Positions 38,660 to 51,120 of a stretch of 64,000 nucleotides of DNA are shown piece after piece. Numbering within the stretch: position 1 is the first letter of the stretch; each line of letters begins with the position of its first letter. The translations under genes and the position numbers were made by a program. The notes under the pieces were generated by a model, which was not told the DNA's origin, searched no databases, and was given only the letters and a program-made list of their open reading frames with translations. The DNA is from Callorhinchus milii (taxonomy: Eukaryota): NCBI RefSeq assembly GCF_018977255.1, contig NW_024704742.1, positions 112,098,001-112,162,000 of the forward strand. Reading direction: 5' to 3'.

Positions 38660-38920
38660 CTATCCGGCTCTGGCAGCGTCAACCTCCATGGTTGCACACT
38701 ACAACTCACCAAGCCAGTTAGGAACCTTGGTGTCTTGTTTAACCCTCAACTGTCTTTTCTTCCCCACATCCAAGCCATGACCCGCTCTGCCTTCCTTCAC
38801 CTCCGTAACATCGCCCGACTTCGCCACTACCTCACCCCTCAGGCCGCTGAACCTCTTGTTCATGCCTTCATCACCTCCAGGCTCGACTATGCAATCGCCC
38901 TACTTGTCAGCCTTCCCAAC
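38660..38920 (+). mobile_element. L2 ORF2 internal fragment
   Basis: FLHLRNIARLRHYLTPQAAEPLVHAFITSRLDYA. Confidence 0.9.
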
Positions 38921-39035
38921 TGTGAAGAATTTTATTCTGATCACTTTAGATTTTTCTTCCATTGTGGTGACTATTCCACACACCTGATTTCTTTGGGTAC
39001 CTGCTAGTGTCAAAACATTTAGATAGATAATATAT

Positions 39036-39384
39036 ATAATAATAATCCTTGCATTTCATATAGCACCTTATCACGTCTTTGAGATGTCTCAAAGCACTTC
39101 ACAGAATATACTGTAAAGTAAATTGACTATATATTTTGTGGGCGAAACGAGGCAGCCTATTGCGCACAGCAGTGTCCCACAAACAGTCGTGGATTAATTG
39201 ACCAATTTATTTTTTTTAAATTTTGGAAGGAATTATTACCCCCGGAAAAGCGATCCATTTATAACTGGGTTCCTACTTATTGCAAGGTGAACAAAGACAT
39301 GTGGAATAAGGAAACTTGCCTAACATTTCTCCTTGCTGGGAATCAAACCTAGGTCCTCTCGCTTACAAAGCGAGTGCTCTAACT
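39036..39384 (-). mobile_element. tRNA-derived SINE, long subfamily
   Basis: Includes the ACTGGGTTCCTACTTATTGC internal block. Head clipped at GCGAGTGCTCTAAC. Confidence 0.9.
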
Positions 39385-39404
39385 GTTAAGGTTGATAGCC
39401 CCAC

Positions 39405-39565
<161 letters not shown>

Positions 39566-40399
39566 ACGTCACAATGTTCAGGTATTGTGAATAAACACAC
39601 CTTATATTTCAAAATGCCCTATAATGTGATAATTTTTTTTAAAAACTACTTGCAAAAGCAGTCACTATACCCGAGAGAAATTAATGTAATAGGCTTTGTT
39701 TGTTTCTGGGAATGATAAGACACTTTTGAAAGATAAATACTGGTAAATTCCACCAGGATTAAGTCTGATCTAGTTAAAAACGAAAAATGTTATATATAAA
39801 CTGAATGTGCAAGGCAGAACCAACAGTTATTCGATGAAATAGATGGAATATTGCCATGTCAGATAACTTTTTATCTTTAAGACATATCACAAAATGTAAA
39901 TTGGTTTGTCTGAAAGAAGTTCATGTTGTCCTGTTACTCAAAGCACAATATCATTGTTTAGGTCAGTGTGATATTACTCTGCTATTTTCACTCTGTTGGA
40001 AATGTTTGTGCTATTACACACTGAGAAAAAGAATGAGCAATGGTTTATTGATGTCCTTGTTCATTGACACTGAACTCAGAATAGTATGGCGACTGAGAGC
40101 TGTGCAAAATAAGCTACTCGTGCCATGTTGACAGTATAATTTGATTCATTTCAGACAATCTGACACATTTGGATTAAAAGGCAGTGGATTCTGCAGAAAG
40201 GTACAAGTGGAGACAACTTTAGAATCCTGGAGATGGTGCAGTTGGAATATACGCCAAAGGATTAAATGCAGTAGTGTCTAAAGGTTGGTGAAATTTCTCT
40301 TCTAAAACTAATATTCCAAATGAGTGACTATTTTTGAGTGAGCAAGAGCTGTGTGTAAGCAAGGAGATAAGAATAAGGTCCGTAAATATGAGAAAGATT

Positions 40400-40575
40400 G
40401 TGGAGGTGTGTATATTTGTATCTGTACGAGAGAGTATGGAGGTGCAGTATTTATACATCTGTTTATCTGTGTGTGTGTAGGTGTGAGACAGTGACAGTAT
40501 GTGTAAGTGTATATGTGTGTCTGTGTGAGACATAGTAGGGGCATCTGTACATCTATGTGCATCTGTGTGTGTGAC
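40400..40575 (+). repeat. Degenerate (TG)-rich tract
   Basis: Interrupted GT/TG runs. Confidence 0.7.
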
Positions 40576-41250
40576 ACCAGAGATTTCTGTAAATCTGAAG
40601 GTATTGATGTGTGGAACTTCCTGTTTGTAGCCAACAAAGTGTATTGACCTCTTCAATACATAATGCCACTCAAAATGTGCAGTGTTATTAACATCCAGTG
40701 ATCCATGTACATCACCACATGTTCTTAAAGTTTCATTTGAACTCAATGCGCAGTGATTGCATGAAAAAGGCAACTTTTGGGGGGATACAATAAAAATGGA
40801 TTGGAAAGATAAATGAGGGGTGGGTTGGATGGTGTAGGTGTGTTTAAGGGAGTCTATATAGATTAATGTAAATATGATTGTGAAGCTGCATCTAAACAAA
40901 ACTGTTTATGAAAGAGACTTGAGGAGGGCTCTGTTTGTTGGTAGATTTTCCACCTTATTGCTAAAAACATTTTGAGCTTCTCTTGACTTTAAATCTACTG
41001 ACATCAGCAGTGTGATTTATAATGGGAAAAGTGGGGAATAATATGCCCTTACTGACCGGGTAGGTAATAGTGAAGAATCATCCTGTATTCATGTATGTAT
41101 TCATATTCAAAATAAAATAGAACTGGATTTTAATCAGTGTGAGACAAAGAGAATCATAAGGTTCTCCAAAATGCAAATGTTTCACTGTACTTTCTTTTAA
41201 AACTTATTTATATTTTTCAACATGTAGCTACTTTTCCCTCTCTGCTACAG

Positions 41251-41356
41251 GTTTGTGCTGTACTAGGCACCTTTACCTGACTGAGATGAACAACCAGCCC
41301 CTGCCAATGCTGCTTTGTAAACAACTGCTGAATGTTATGATCTGTGTGCTATTGGG
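41251..41356 (+). other. Candidate 106-nt exon (unknown transcript)
   Basis: CTTTTCCCTCTCTGCTACAG acceptor and GG|GTGAGT donor. One frame is open (LCCTRHLYLTEMNNQPLPMLLCKQLLNVMICVLL). Confidence 0.3.
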
Positions 41357-41682
41357 GTGAGTTCTCCTGTGATTTTCACTCTTCCCTATAAGGAAATGTC
41401 TCGTGTCTAGTTATTCACACCAGTACCTTTTCCTGACATCTAAAATATGCTTGGGACATCACAGTGCTGACCCTGCCCAGGTAGGTAAATAAACTAACAA
41501 GTTAATGTTCACCCGCTGAACACACAGTCAACTACATAGTATATCTTGTGAAGCACTTTGGGACGTCCTCCTGAAATGAAAGGCATGATAGCAGATGCAA
41601 AGAATATTATTATTGAATTATTATTATTATTATTAATCATCCAGAAGATCTACTCATGTTCAAAATAAAATGTTAATAATGA

Positions 41683-42360
41683 AAACAATCCTTGCATTTG
41701 ATATGGTGTTTTTCACATCAGGAGGGCATCTCAAAGTGCTTCACAGAATTTACTGAAAGTAATAATAATACTCCTTGCATTTAATACAGTGCCTTATCAC
41801 ATCTTCAAGACATCCCACAGCACTTCACAGAATATATACTATAAAGTGAATTGACTGTGTATTTGGTGGGCGAAACGGAAGTAAGGAGTAAAGGAAACTT
41901 GTGGAGTAAAAAACTTGCCTGTTTCGCCCCGCCCATGAATCAAACCCAGGTCCTCTAACTAGCGAGTTAAGTACTCTAACCACTAAACTGCAGGACTCCA
42001 TGAAAGTGTAGTGACTATATATTTTATAGGTGAATGCAGCAATCAATTTACATACAATAATAACCCACAAGCAATTATGAAGTAATTTTATCTGGGGGAT
42101 TGTTGACCAGAACACTGGGAGAAACTCTCTTCTTAAGTTGTTCCATGGATCTTTAGATCTTTAATGTCCACCTGAACAGACAGATAAGATCTTGGTTTAA
42201 CATTTCATCTGAAGGACGGCATCTCCAGCAATGAGCACAGCCCCAGTACTGCACTGGAGTGTCAGCATAGCCGATGCAAGTTCAAAATCCCAATGGGCAG
42301 CTTAAGCCCACAGCCTTCTGATTCAAGAGTTGAGACTTCTAGCAACTGAGCCATGCTGAC
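41683..42360 (-). mobile_element. DeuSINE-like element containing a nested SINE
   Basis: Collinear with 13022-13477 on both sides of 41761-42000. Confidence 0.85.
41761..42000 (-). mobile_element. Internally deleted SINE with 7-bp TSD
   Basis: TGAAAGT at 41754-41760 and 42001-42007. Head and tail are present, the middle is missing. Confidence 0.88.
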
Positions 42361-43388
42361 ACCTGGTTTAGAACCGTATTTCAATTATAAAATTGCCCGA
42401 AAATACAAAGGAACTACACTGAACACTGAACTTTTTTAAAATATAAATTTATATATTGTAACATGGAACTGTACAGTTTAACATTTGTATTTCATTGCAA
42501 TCATTCCTAAAGAAACACTTGTCAACTGTCGACCAATTTCAATGGTTTTTTTTGTCAGCCGAGAGTTTGACATAACTAGGAAACCCTTACTACATGCCCC
42601 TCAGGCACTTTCAGCTCCAACTGCTGAGAACTCACAATGTCAAGAGTTTCTGTTTGCAGATTCTGGAGTGCTTACTCACCATTTAAATGTAAGACAAGTG
42701 GAATGAAGAAAGGCCATTTGGACCATCAAACATTCTCCTTTCACAACTTGTAAATGTCATATTGATCCCTGACTCTCTGTTCCCCCACTCCACCTGCATG
42801 GATCTCTCAAGTATTATGTCCTCTTTCTCTAGCTCTCATGGCAAGCAAGAAGCGCAATCCTTAGCTAAATGAATTTGAATCAGCTTAGAATATATATCAG
42901 CCCTCTTTACCCAGCTTTGTTTTAAAGGAGTCAACTGAACTTAGAATTACTTACTTTTTGGGGGAGTCTATTCACACATATACCTTGTGGCATAATAAAA
43001 TTTTAAATTCCAATGGGATGCTCGGTTCAGTGAGTTTTTACAGACACGAGCTGCAGAGTTCTAATGACACCCAACTCAGCATTCTAAATAGTTTGCTGTT
43101 TGTGGAGGAAAGAGGCAGGAAGTCCAGCAAGCAGGGAGTTTGCAAAGTCAAGGCTGGATGTGATAAATGCATGAATGAGTATCTCGGCAGCCTGAGGGAA
43201 GAGGCGGTGGTAGGCAATGATGCGCAGTGGGGGAAGGCAGAATGGATCATTGCATGGATGTGGGGTTTAAAGAACAGTTGAGGGTTAAATAAGACACCAA
43301 GGTTTCACACCGGCTCTGTGAGGTGGATTGTGCATCCATGAATAGTGATGCTGTCGGTGCCTGAGGTGATGAGGTGCTGATGGGAGCC

Positions 43389-43527
43389 AATAATAATAAT
43401 AATAATAATCCTTGCATTTGATATAGCGCTTTTCACGTCGGGAGGACGTCCCAAAGCGCTTCACAGAACACACTGTAAAGTGAATTGACTGTATATTTGT
43501 GGGCGAAGGCAGCAGCCAATTGCGCAC
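43389..43527 (-). mobile_element. SINE 3' fragment nested in L2
   Basis: Near-identical to the young SINE 3' end. Confidence 0.92.
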
Positions 43528-44625
43528 CAGGAAGGCCTCCATCTAGTCAAAGTTCAACTGGAGAAAGTTAGCCCTCATTCCAGGACTCCATGTCTGACAA
43601 ACAATCTGCCAGGACAGCGGTAGTCCTGGAGTCGAAGATGGAGGCAGAGAGATAGAGTTGGGTGTCACCTGCATAAATGTGGAAATTAACCCCAAGCTTG
43701 TAGATGACATTACTGAGAAGGAGCATATGAATGTTAAAGTGAAGGGGATCAAGGACAGACTGCTGTGGAAGGCCACATGTGAAAGTACGAGGGTAGGAGG
43801 AGAAGCCATTGGTAGGTATAAAGTGCAGACAATGGGAAAGATAAGATGGAAACCAGGCAAATACACAACCATGATGGTAGAGATGAGAGAAGAGGCTGTG
43901 GAGGAGATTAGAGTGGTCGACAGAATCAAAAGTGACAGAGAGATCGAGAAGGAAGGAGAGACAGAGAGAGCCCTGGTCACAGATGGAGAGAATATCATTT
44001 GTAACTTTGACCAAGGCTGTCTCTGTGCTGTGGGCAGCATGAAAACCATATTGGAAGGGTTCATACGAGTGGTGGGAGAAGAAAGAGCGAAGCTGGTTAT
44101 CAATGACTCATTTCAGGACCTTGGAGAAAAAGGATGGTTGAAGATGGGAGGGTAGTTGGAGAACAGAAATGGACCAAGGAAGGTTTTTTGGGGTGGGAGT
44201 GTTGACAGCTGTTTTTAAGAGGGTGGATACTGTGCCAGTGGACAGAGATAAGTTGCTGATGTCCATTAATAGGGGAGCAAGGAGGTGGATCTGGGAAAAA
44301 AGGAAAGGGGTAGGGTGGAGTCAAGGGAGCAGGTGGTAGACTTTAGTTGGGAAATTATGGTGTTGAGAGTAAAGGGGGAGACAGAGTCCAAAGTGTGGAG
44401 GGAGGGATGGGTTGGGAGGGGGCAGAGGGCGAGGTGGGGAGGAGGTGGCAGTAGAAAGGATAAAACAGCAGAGTGGATCAACTCAATCTTGGATGCAAGG
44501 AAGTCCATTATTTTCTCACATTTGGAGTTGGAGGAGAGAATGGGCAAGGCATGGGAAAGTGAATGGAGTTTATGGTGGAAAAGAGAAGACTGGGCTTTTC
44601 TTTGGCCTCCAAGATGATCTTGGAA

Positions 44626-45197
44626 GAGAACAACAATAACAAAGTTACATTCGTAAAGCGCCTTTCATGTCGGGAGGCCTTCCAAAGGCGCTGGACAGAC
44701 AGAGTTACGGATCCGAGCTGGGGGTCAGGGTTGGGGAGGTTGGAAGGCAGGGGAGGAAGCAAGGAGATCAAAAGCACGGTCGAAGTGGAGCGTCTTGACA
44801 TGAGTCTTGAAGGTGGCATGGAGGGGCCGAGATGGAGGGACTGCGGGATGGAGTTCCAGAGGGTGGGGGTAGAGTGGAAGAAGGCCTGCCCGCCAATAGT
44901 GGGGCGAGCAAGGCGGGGACTTGAAGCAGGGTGGAGTCCGCTGAGCGGAGGGAGCAAACAGGATGGTAGGGGGGTGAGGAGGTTGCAGAGGTAGGGGTGA
45001 GCAAGACCATGGAGGACTTTGAAGATGAGGACCAGGATCTTGAACTGTATTCCCTGTGTGATGGGAAGCCAGTGGAGTTGGGCGAGGATGGGGGTGATAG
45101 CATCACAGAGCCTGGTGTGGGAGAAGACATGGGCTAGACATCAAGCAATGAGTTTGCATCGTTGAGCCTCGATGTAATGAAAGCATGTATGAGGGAC
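44626..45197 (-). mobile_element. Second L2 3' fragment inserted into the older L2
   Basis: It has its own tail and C-terminal motifs and splits the host frame between YRSTLTSAK and SKIILEAKEK. Confidence 0.85.
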
Positions 45198-45404
45198 GTA
45201 GAAGGACAATTTAGCTGAGGTGAGGGTGGAGCGGTAGGTTTTGGTGCAGTTCAGACGGATCTGGTGATGGATCAAATTAAGGAAAGGGAACAGTAAATAA
45301 TAAACTTTAAGTGTCCATTAGCAGATCTGAAAAAGGAAAAATATTTAGATGTGGTGGTTGAACATGTTTATGCTTGGATTTATCATATTGCCTATGACAT
45401 AGGG

Positions 45405-45710
45405 AGGTGCTTTCCAGTAGTTGTTGTCAAATGTAATGACTGCATATTTGTAGGACAATGTAGAACTCACTTTGTGCACAACATTTTCCCGCAAACAACA
45501 ATGAAGTGAATGATCAAATTTAATCCAGAATATTGTTGTCCAGGATACCCGGAGAAACTTTGTTTTCTCTTCGAATAGTTGTGACCTTTAGCATTCGCCT
45601 GAACAGGCCAACGGAGACCTTTGGCTCAATGATTCATCTGAAGAACCACAAGCTCCAATAATTCAGTGCTCCCCAGGACTACACTGGAGTGTCAGCCTGG
45701 AATATGTAAT
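45405..45710 (-). mobile_element. DeuSINE-like fragment
   Basis: CACTGGAGTGTCAGCCTGG and CCTGAACAGGC blocks. Confidence 0.75.
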
Positions 45711-45849
45711 ACTCCAGGCTCAACCATTGTACCCAAGTTAGGGACACTCAAAACCAGTCAATCATCATTGATTGAAATTCTGCTATTTCTCAACTGATTC
45801 AATAATAACTATTCAGATTGGATCAAATCTATGTTACGTTACATAGTAG

Positions 45850-46328
45850 GTGTCAGCCTAGTAGGTGTTGGTATCACTCCCGCTTCTGGGTAGGATGCTT
45901 TGTGGGCTCAAACCCTGTCTCAGAACATTGAATTTTCACAGTCTAAGCTGACACTTGGCAGTCCCTAGACACTGGGGGTAAGAATGCATTACTGGAGTTG
46001 CTATTTTCCGATGAGACTGTAAATAATAATAATAATACTAATAATAATCCTTGCATTTGATATAGCGCTTTTCACGTCTCCTAGATGTCTCAAAGCGCTT
46101 CACAGAATATGCTGTAAAGTGAATTGACTGTATATTTGTGGGCGAAACTGAGGTCCTGTCTGCCTCTTTGAAAAGAGAAAGGAATTTCACCCAGTGTCTT
46201 GGCCAACAATTGTGGGACCTTGTTCTATGCAGTTTAGTTGCCAGGTTTGCCCACAAATACACAGACAGTTGACAGCAATTCCCTACTAAGTGCTTTGAGA
46301 CTATATCAAATGCAAGGATTATTATTAT
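45850..46328 (+). mobile_element. DeuSINE-like element with opposite-strand SINE tail (46022-46148)
   Basis: GATGAGACTGTAAA | insert | CTGAGGTCCTGTCTGCC reconstitutes the Deu block. Confidence 0.8.
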
Positions 46329-46379
46329 CTTGTTTTTCATCTGAATGTAACTGCAGATACCTTGCACATTGTTTTCTCA

Positions 46380-47210
46380 AATATGCTGACTAGAAAAAAG
46401 TGGGGGCAGACCTTGTGGAACTTCACCGGCTAACCTCCAATGCAGAGCATTTGCCATTTATCACTGCTTATTATTTCCAACTACATAACCAATTTTTAAA
46501 TTAGTTGAGTCATTTGTTCCTATCCCATGAGCTTCTTTGTAGCTGGACAATCAATAGCAAGCTATGCAGTGACAGGACTACCCCAATGCACACTCTGGGG
46601 TCCGCAAGCCTTTTGCCAATCTACACCTAATACTTTCCAAAATCAGGTAAGCAGGATGGATCCCTCCAGGGTGTGAATGCATATTCCATTCCAGCAATCT
46701 ATCTCTGGGATTTTCTTGTGCAGGTGGGATGCATGAAATTCTCACTTTGGTTTAGATGCTCTTAAGCATGGTGATGGGTTCCTACATGGACAGACACACA
46801 ACGGACCAAAAATAAACTTTTCGAACAATTTCTGAAAATCTTCTGAATAACCCTCCTATTCTAGATTAGTTACTTCCTAATAGAATTCCAATAAGGTTTT
46901 ATAAAATTTCATCAATTGCATCTAAAACCATGCTGAGTGGTCCTTATATCAGTGCTCTTTGGATGAACAAGCCATATATAATACTTTCAAGGATCATCGC
47001 CACTATGGATGTCAGGCTAACTGGCCTATCAATTCAGTTTTATGCCTTAATCTTTTTTTGAATATTAGGATAACATTTGCTATCCTCTAGTCCTTTAGTA
47101 TTGCTGTACTGGACTCTGTGTGCAGCTCCTAAAATATCAGTCAATGCATTTTCTCCTTCAATCTCTTAAGGATTCTATGATGATTCCATTCTAGTCCAGG
47201 CGCTTTACAG
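46380..47210 (-). mobile_element. CR1 ORF2 fragments, interrupted by a family C repeat
   Basis: GACCTTGTGGAACTTCAC (GVPQG-like) and GGCTAACTGGCCTAT (RPVSL) on the reverse strand. Confidence 0.65.
46540..46800 (+). mobile_element. Unclassified repeat family C, copy 3
   Basis: AGGTAAGCAGGATGGATCCCTCC and TTTGGTTTAGATGCTCTTAAGCATGGTGATGGG match 27948-28061. Confidence 0.65.
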
Positions 47211-47409
47211 ATATTTAGGGGGTAATACTCCATTCATCAGCAAACTTAGCGACCTTCTCCTGTGAATGGATCTTATTCTTCTCGGGTCAGTAAATTTACC
47301 GACCATGTGAGATTAGATTGTGAAAATCCCTTTAAATACTCAATTCTGATAAAATTTACCAATCACCTGGAGAATCACACGTGTGTGCCAAAGATGGTAA
47401 ATTTCTTTT

Positions 47410-47585
47410 ACAAGGAAATTATATTAAAAGAGAATTAGATAAATGCTTAGGGAAAAGGGAATATTTAAGTGTATGGGGAGTGATCAGAAGAGTGGATTAG
47501 TTTAGGTGGCTCATGTAGAGAAAAGCATTAGGGCATGAAGATGGGCCAAATATCCTACTTCCATGCTGTAACATGCTATGATTGT
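47410..47585 (+). mobile_element. CR1 3' end
   Basis: AAAAGAGAATTAGATAAATGC...GATGGGCCAAAT...TATGATT. Confidence 0.65.
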
Positions 47586-47759
47586 ATGATTGACAGCAGA
47601 CAGGGAATCCTATGCCTTTTATATGATCCCAACCCATATTACTCTTTGTTTCCCTATGTCTTTTAAAATAAACCTTTTTTAAAATGTTTCTCCTGATCTC
47701 TTTATTAAACCCCTGATTTATGTCATGCTGTGCCTTTCAGTTTTTTAAATGAAATATAC

Positions 47760-47818
47760 TTTCATTTTTCATCCATTTAAAACATTTCATTTTTCATCCA
47801 TCTAAAACATTTCATTTT
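47760..47818 (+). repeat. 25-bp tandem repeat (~2.4 copies)
   Basis: TTTCATTTTTCATCCATYTAAAACA repeated. Confidence 0.9.
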
Positions 47819-47990
47819 CCTATGATTAGTCTGGTCTAGTGTCCCACTTAATTTCCCCTCAATGTTCCTCTCATAGCTCCAAATGTTGCTCTTCTAAAGT
47901 CTTCTGCCTATATTATTGTGTCTGACCTCAATCTTAACAACAATTTTCAATCTAATTGTACAATAATCACCTGATCCCTTCCAACTTCCA

Positions 47991-48272
47991 GACTAGTTCA
48001 ATTCCTGAGTGGGGTGAAACCTTCGGCAAGTTTCGTTACTCCACACACCTCTGTTTACCTAGCAGTAAATAGGAACCCAGCTGTTAGTCGATTGGTGGAT
48101 CGCTTTCCAGGGGTAATAATCCCTCAGAACAAATTGGGTCACTCAATCCAAGACTGTTTGTGGGACACTGCTATATGCAATTGGCTGCCGAGTTTTGCCC
48201 ACAAAATGCTCAGTCAAACCATTTTATAATATATTCTGTGAAGTGCTTGAAGATGTCTCAATGATGTGATAA
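47991..48272 (+). mobile_element. SINE, long subfamily, partial head
   Basis: CTCTGTTTACCTAGCAGTAAATAGGAACCCAG internal block. Confidence 0.88.
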
Positions 48273-49039
48273 TGATGTAAAATATAGTGAATTGATAATT
48301 AATAATTGATAGCTAATTGTATTCACAAACATTTTCTTGCTGTGAAAATCATAAAGCACATTTATAGCAGGCATACCATGTAAACATACCAGGCAGAATA
48401 GGCTGAATGGCCTACTTCTGTAACTATGTTAGACAGGAATGATTAAGGAGACATGGGATTTTGTTCTCTACAGGATAGAACATCAAAGTCAGGCAACTGT
48501 TCTGGATAAACCAAAATAAATAAGGGGTACTAGCAGGAGACATGCATCTAACCCACTTTATTATTTGAGAGCATATTCAAATATTCTTTCCTTTTTTGCT
48601 GAGCTGTGGGGAAACTGACCTCCATTCAGTCTCTATGGTTGTGAGTGGTGATCTTGACTGTAAATGTTGCTCGCAAACACTGCCACCCCTGCTTCAGAAT
48701 CAGCTGGTGGGGACCATAGCTGTAATACAACCAGGGGAGATATGTCAGGTTTTCTCTTCTCTCTTGAGGTAGAACATTCATTCACCTGGACCATGAGCAT
48801 AATAATAAAATATAGTGAATCCATTACTTGATAACCCATTTTGACAGTAGCTCCACAAAGATTGGATACCTGTGTTGAAAAGTTGATATGCCAAACCAAA
48901 TACATGTTAATTTCCATTGTTGTCAACGGTTAGTCATTTATTGTGGATATGAACTTGGAAACATGTTTCCAAGTTCATATCCCAAATTAAATGACCTTAA
49001 ATTGACTTCAGACCACATTAAATTCCAAATGTCAACAAT

Positions 49040-49505
49040 TCATCTACTTAATTTAGCCAATCTCCAATTTATTTTCTGTCAATCTTTTCTAGACTAGTCG
49101 CCTTAATAATAATCCTTGCATTTGATATAGTGCTTTATCACGTTGTCGAAGCACTTCACAGAATATATTGTAAAATGAACATCTTCGCCACCTAGCCTGG
49201 TATCATTGGTAACATTTTCAATGTTACTAGAACTACCTTACTTCACATCATCTTTGTATGAAGCTAGCCAGAACTGATGCCTGTGAAACTCCACTATCAC
49301 GTCCCCCTCCCAGAAACAGCTTTACCCATTTATTATCTTCTGGTTTCTCGTACCAAGCCAATTTTCAATCCATCTAGCTAATTTGTCATTAATTTCATTT
49401 GCCTTTATCTTCTTTAAAAGCTTCAGCTGTAGAATTTTATCAAATACCTTCAGAAAATCCAATTATGCCATAGCCACTGGACAGTCTTCGTCCACTAATT
49501 TAGTT
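49040..49505 (-). mobile_element. CR1 ORF2 fragment with nested SINE tail (~49105-49180)
   Basis: TTTATCAAATACCTTCAGAAAATCC is the reverse complement of a DFxKAFDK-like motif. Confidence 0.65.
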
Positions 49506-50299
49506 AAATTGGGACGCTCCAGATTAATTCAGAAAAAAAATCAGAAATTATTCCCAATTTAGATTTGGGAGCACCTCTCCGTTTAAATAAAATAGCAGTA
49601 TATTTAAGTGCCACAGCAGATTTTCTGGTTCATCCAATCTCTGCTATCCTATTGAACCTAAGTGGAGAATACCCATCTATCAACTACCCTGTAGGTAGGC
49701 CTGTGCAATAAGATGGGAGGTGGTGGGGAAGGGGGGCGTCCCTATATACATCATGTACAAGTCTAAATGACAGCTGCTAATTTAGAATAGGACAGATAAA
49801 ACTAGTCTATGGCCGTGTAGAGGAATGTCATCAATTGCTGGTGTGTATGGATAGGAACTGTTGCAATGTGAATGTATCCAATGTGTAAAAGAAAAGTTTA
49901 TTTCCCTTTTCCTGAATTTAGATTAAAAATCAGGTAGTATTCAGAAGATCCATATTTCAAAGCAAAACTCAGACAAAAAATATGAATTTGTTCAAAGGCC
50001 TACACCAATCACTAGAGGTAAATATGAAAGGAAAGATTTGTGAGGAGAAGGTCTGAGAGTGACTTGACATTGTTTTGATTCTGAAAACAATGTCACCATT
50101 GCCTTCTTACACTGATGGGTTTTGAAGATTTTCACACCATCCTGCAGATAGTGTTTGACCTCTCCTGACCTTTCCCTATTAGTATGGATGTCATCAGGAG
50201 CTCACCATGTTAGATGTCCCAGGAGTGATTTTGCACTCTGTGGTGTAACATGATGGAGTTCCAGTATGCTGTTCTCTATTATTACAAATCATTAAGCCT

Positions 50300-51120
50300 A
50301 TTAATGAAAGCCTGTTGACAACATCTCCTTACTTTGCCACCACCTCTCCCCCGGGCTGCTGAGACCTTCAATCACATCCAGGCGCACTAATTCGAGCATC
50401 CTGCTCACCGCTTTCCCCAGCTCCTCCACACACAAGCTGCAGACTACCCAGAACTCTGTAGCTCATCTTTCCCCCTCCACAACAACAACAACAAAGTTAC
50501 ATTTATAGAGTGCCTTTCACGTCAGGAGGACTTCCCAAGGCACTGGATAGTCCAGGGGTCAGGACTATCCCCTGCAATTCTCCTGCGGTCCACCACTCTG
50601 GCAGCTCCCTCTGCTCAACAAACAACAGCCTGCTTCATATTCCCCTCCTGACTCATCCTATCATCACAAGCCTATTACCCCCATTCCCATTCAGCTCTAC
50701 TGGTTCCCCATCCCCCAGCAGATTGAATTTAATATCCTCATCCTCACAGTCAAATCTCTACGCAGTCCCACATGCCTTACCCCACCCTACCTCTACAATC
50801 TCCTGCAATCCACCACCCTGGCAGCTCCGTCTGCTCAACAAACAACAGCCTGCTTCATATTCTCCTCCTGACTCATCACATCATCAGTGGACAAGCTTTC
50901 AGCCATTCCGCACCCACTCATTGGAACTCCATCCCAAAGTCCCTCTGCTTTGTTCATTCCTTCCAACCTTCAAAGTCCGCTTTAAGATGTTTCTTTAAAA
51001 TCATGCTTTTGGTTATCTCCACCCCCCCGCCTTTCCCTCAGCTCCCCAAACCCTATTTGGCTCTGTGAAGCATTTTAAAACTAATGTGATAGGCATTATA
51101 TAAATGTACAATTGATGTTG
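50300..51120 (+). mobile_element. Rearranged L2 3' fragment
   Basis: KLQTTQNS...GQAFSHSAPTHWNSIP, with an inverted L2 tail (~50480-50560) and an ~87-bp duplication. Confidence 0.85.

Larger units (their letters stand above)
43050..45275 (-). mobile_element. Long decayed L2 ORF2 fragment (RT region)
   Basis: KVTNDIL...LLDLSVTFDSVDH...GLPQQSVLDP...FHIYAGDTQLY...FLQLN (RT motifs), with frameshifts. Confidence 0.93.

Noticed and set aside
40219..40899. 226-aa ORF, the longest in the window
   Set aside because: Stop-poor because of the CA/TG-rich tract; no domain or splice context.
43543..44547. RT-like ORFs as an active or domesticated gene
   Set aside because: Frameshifted, YADD mutated to YAGD, interrupted by insertions: a dead L2.
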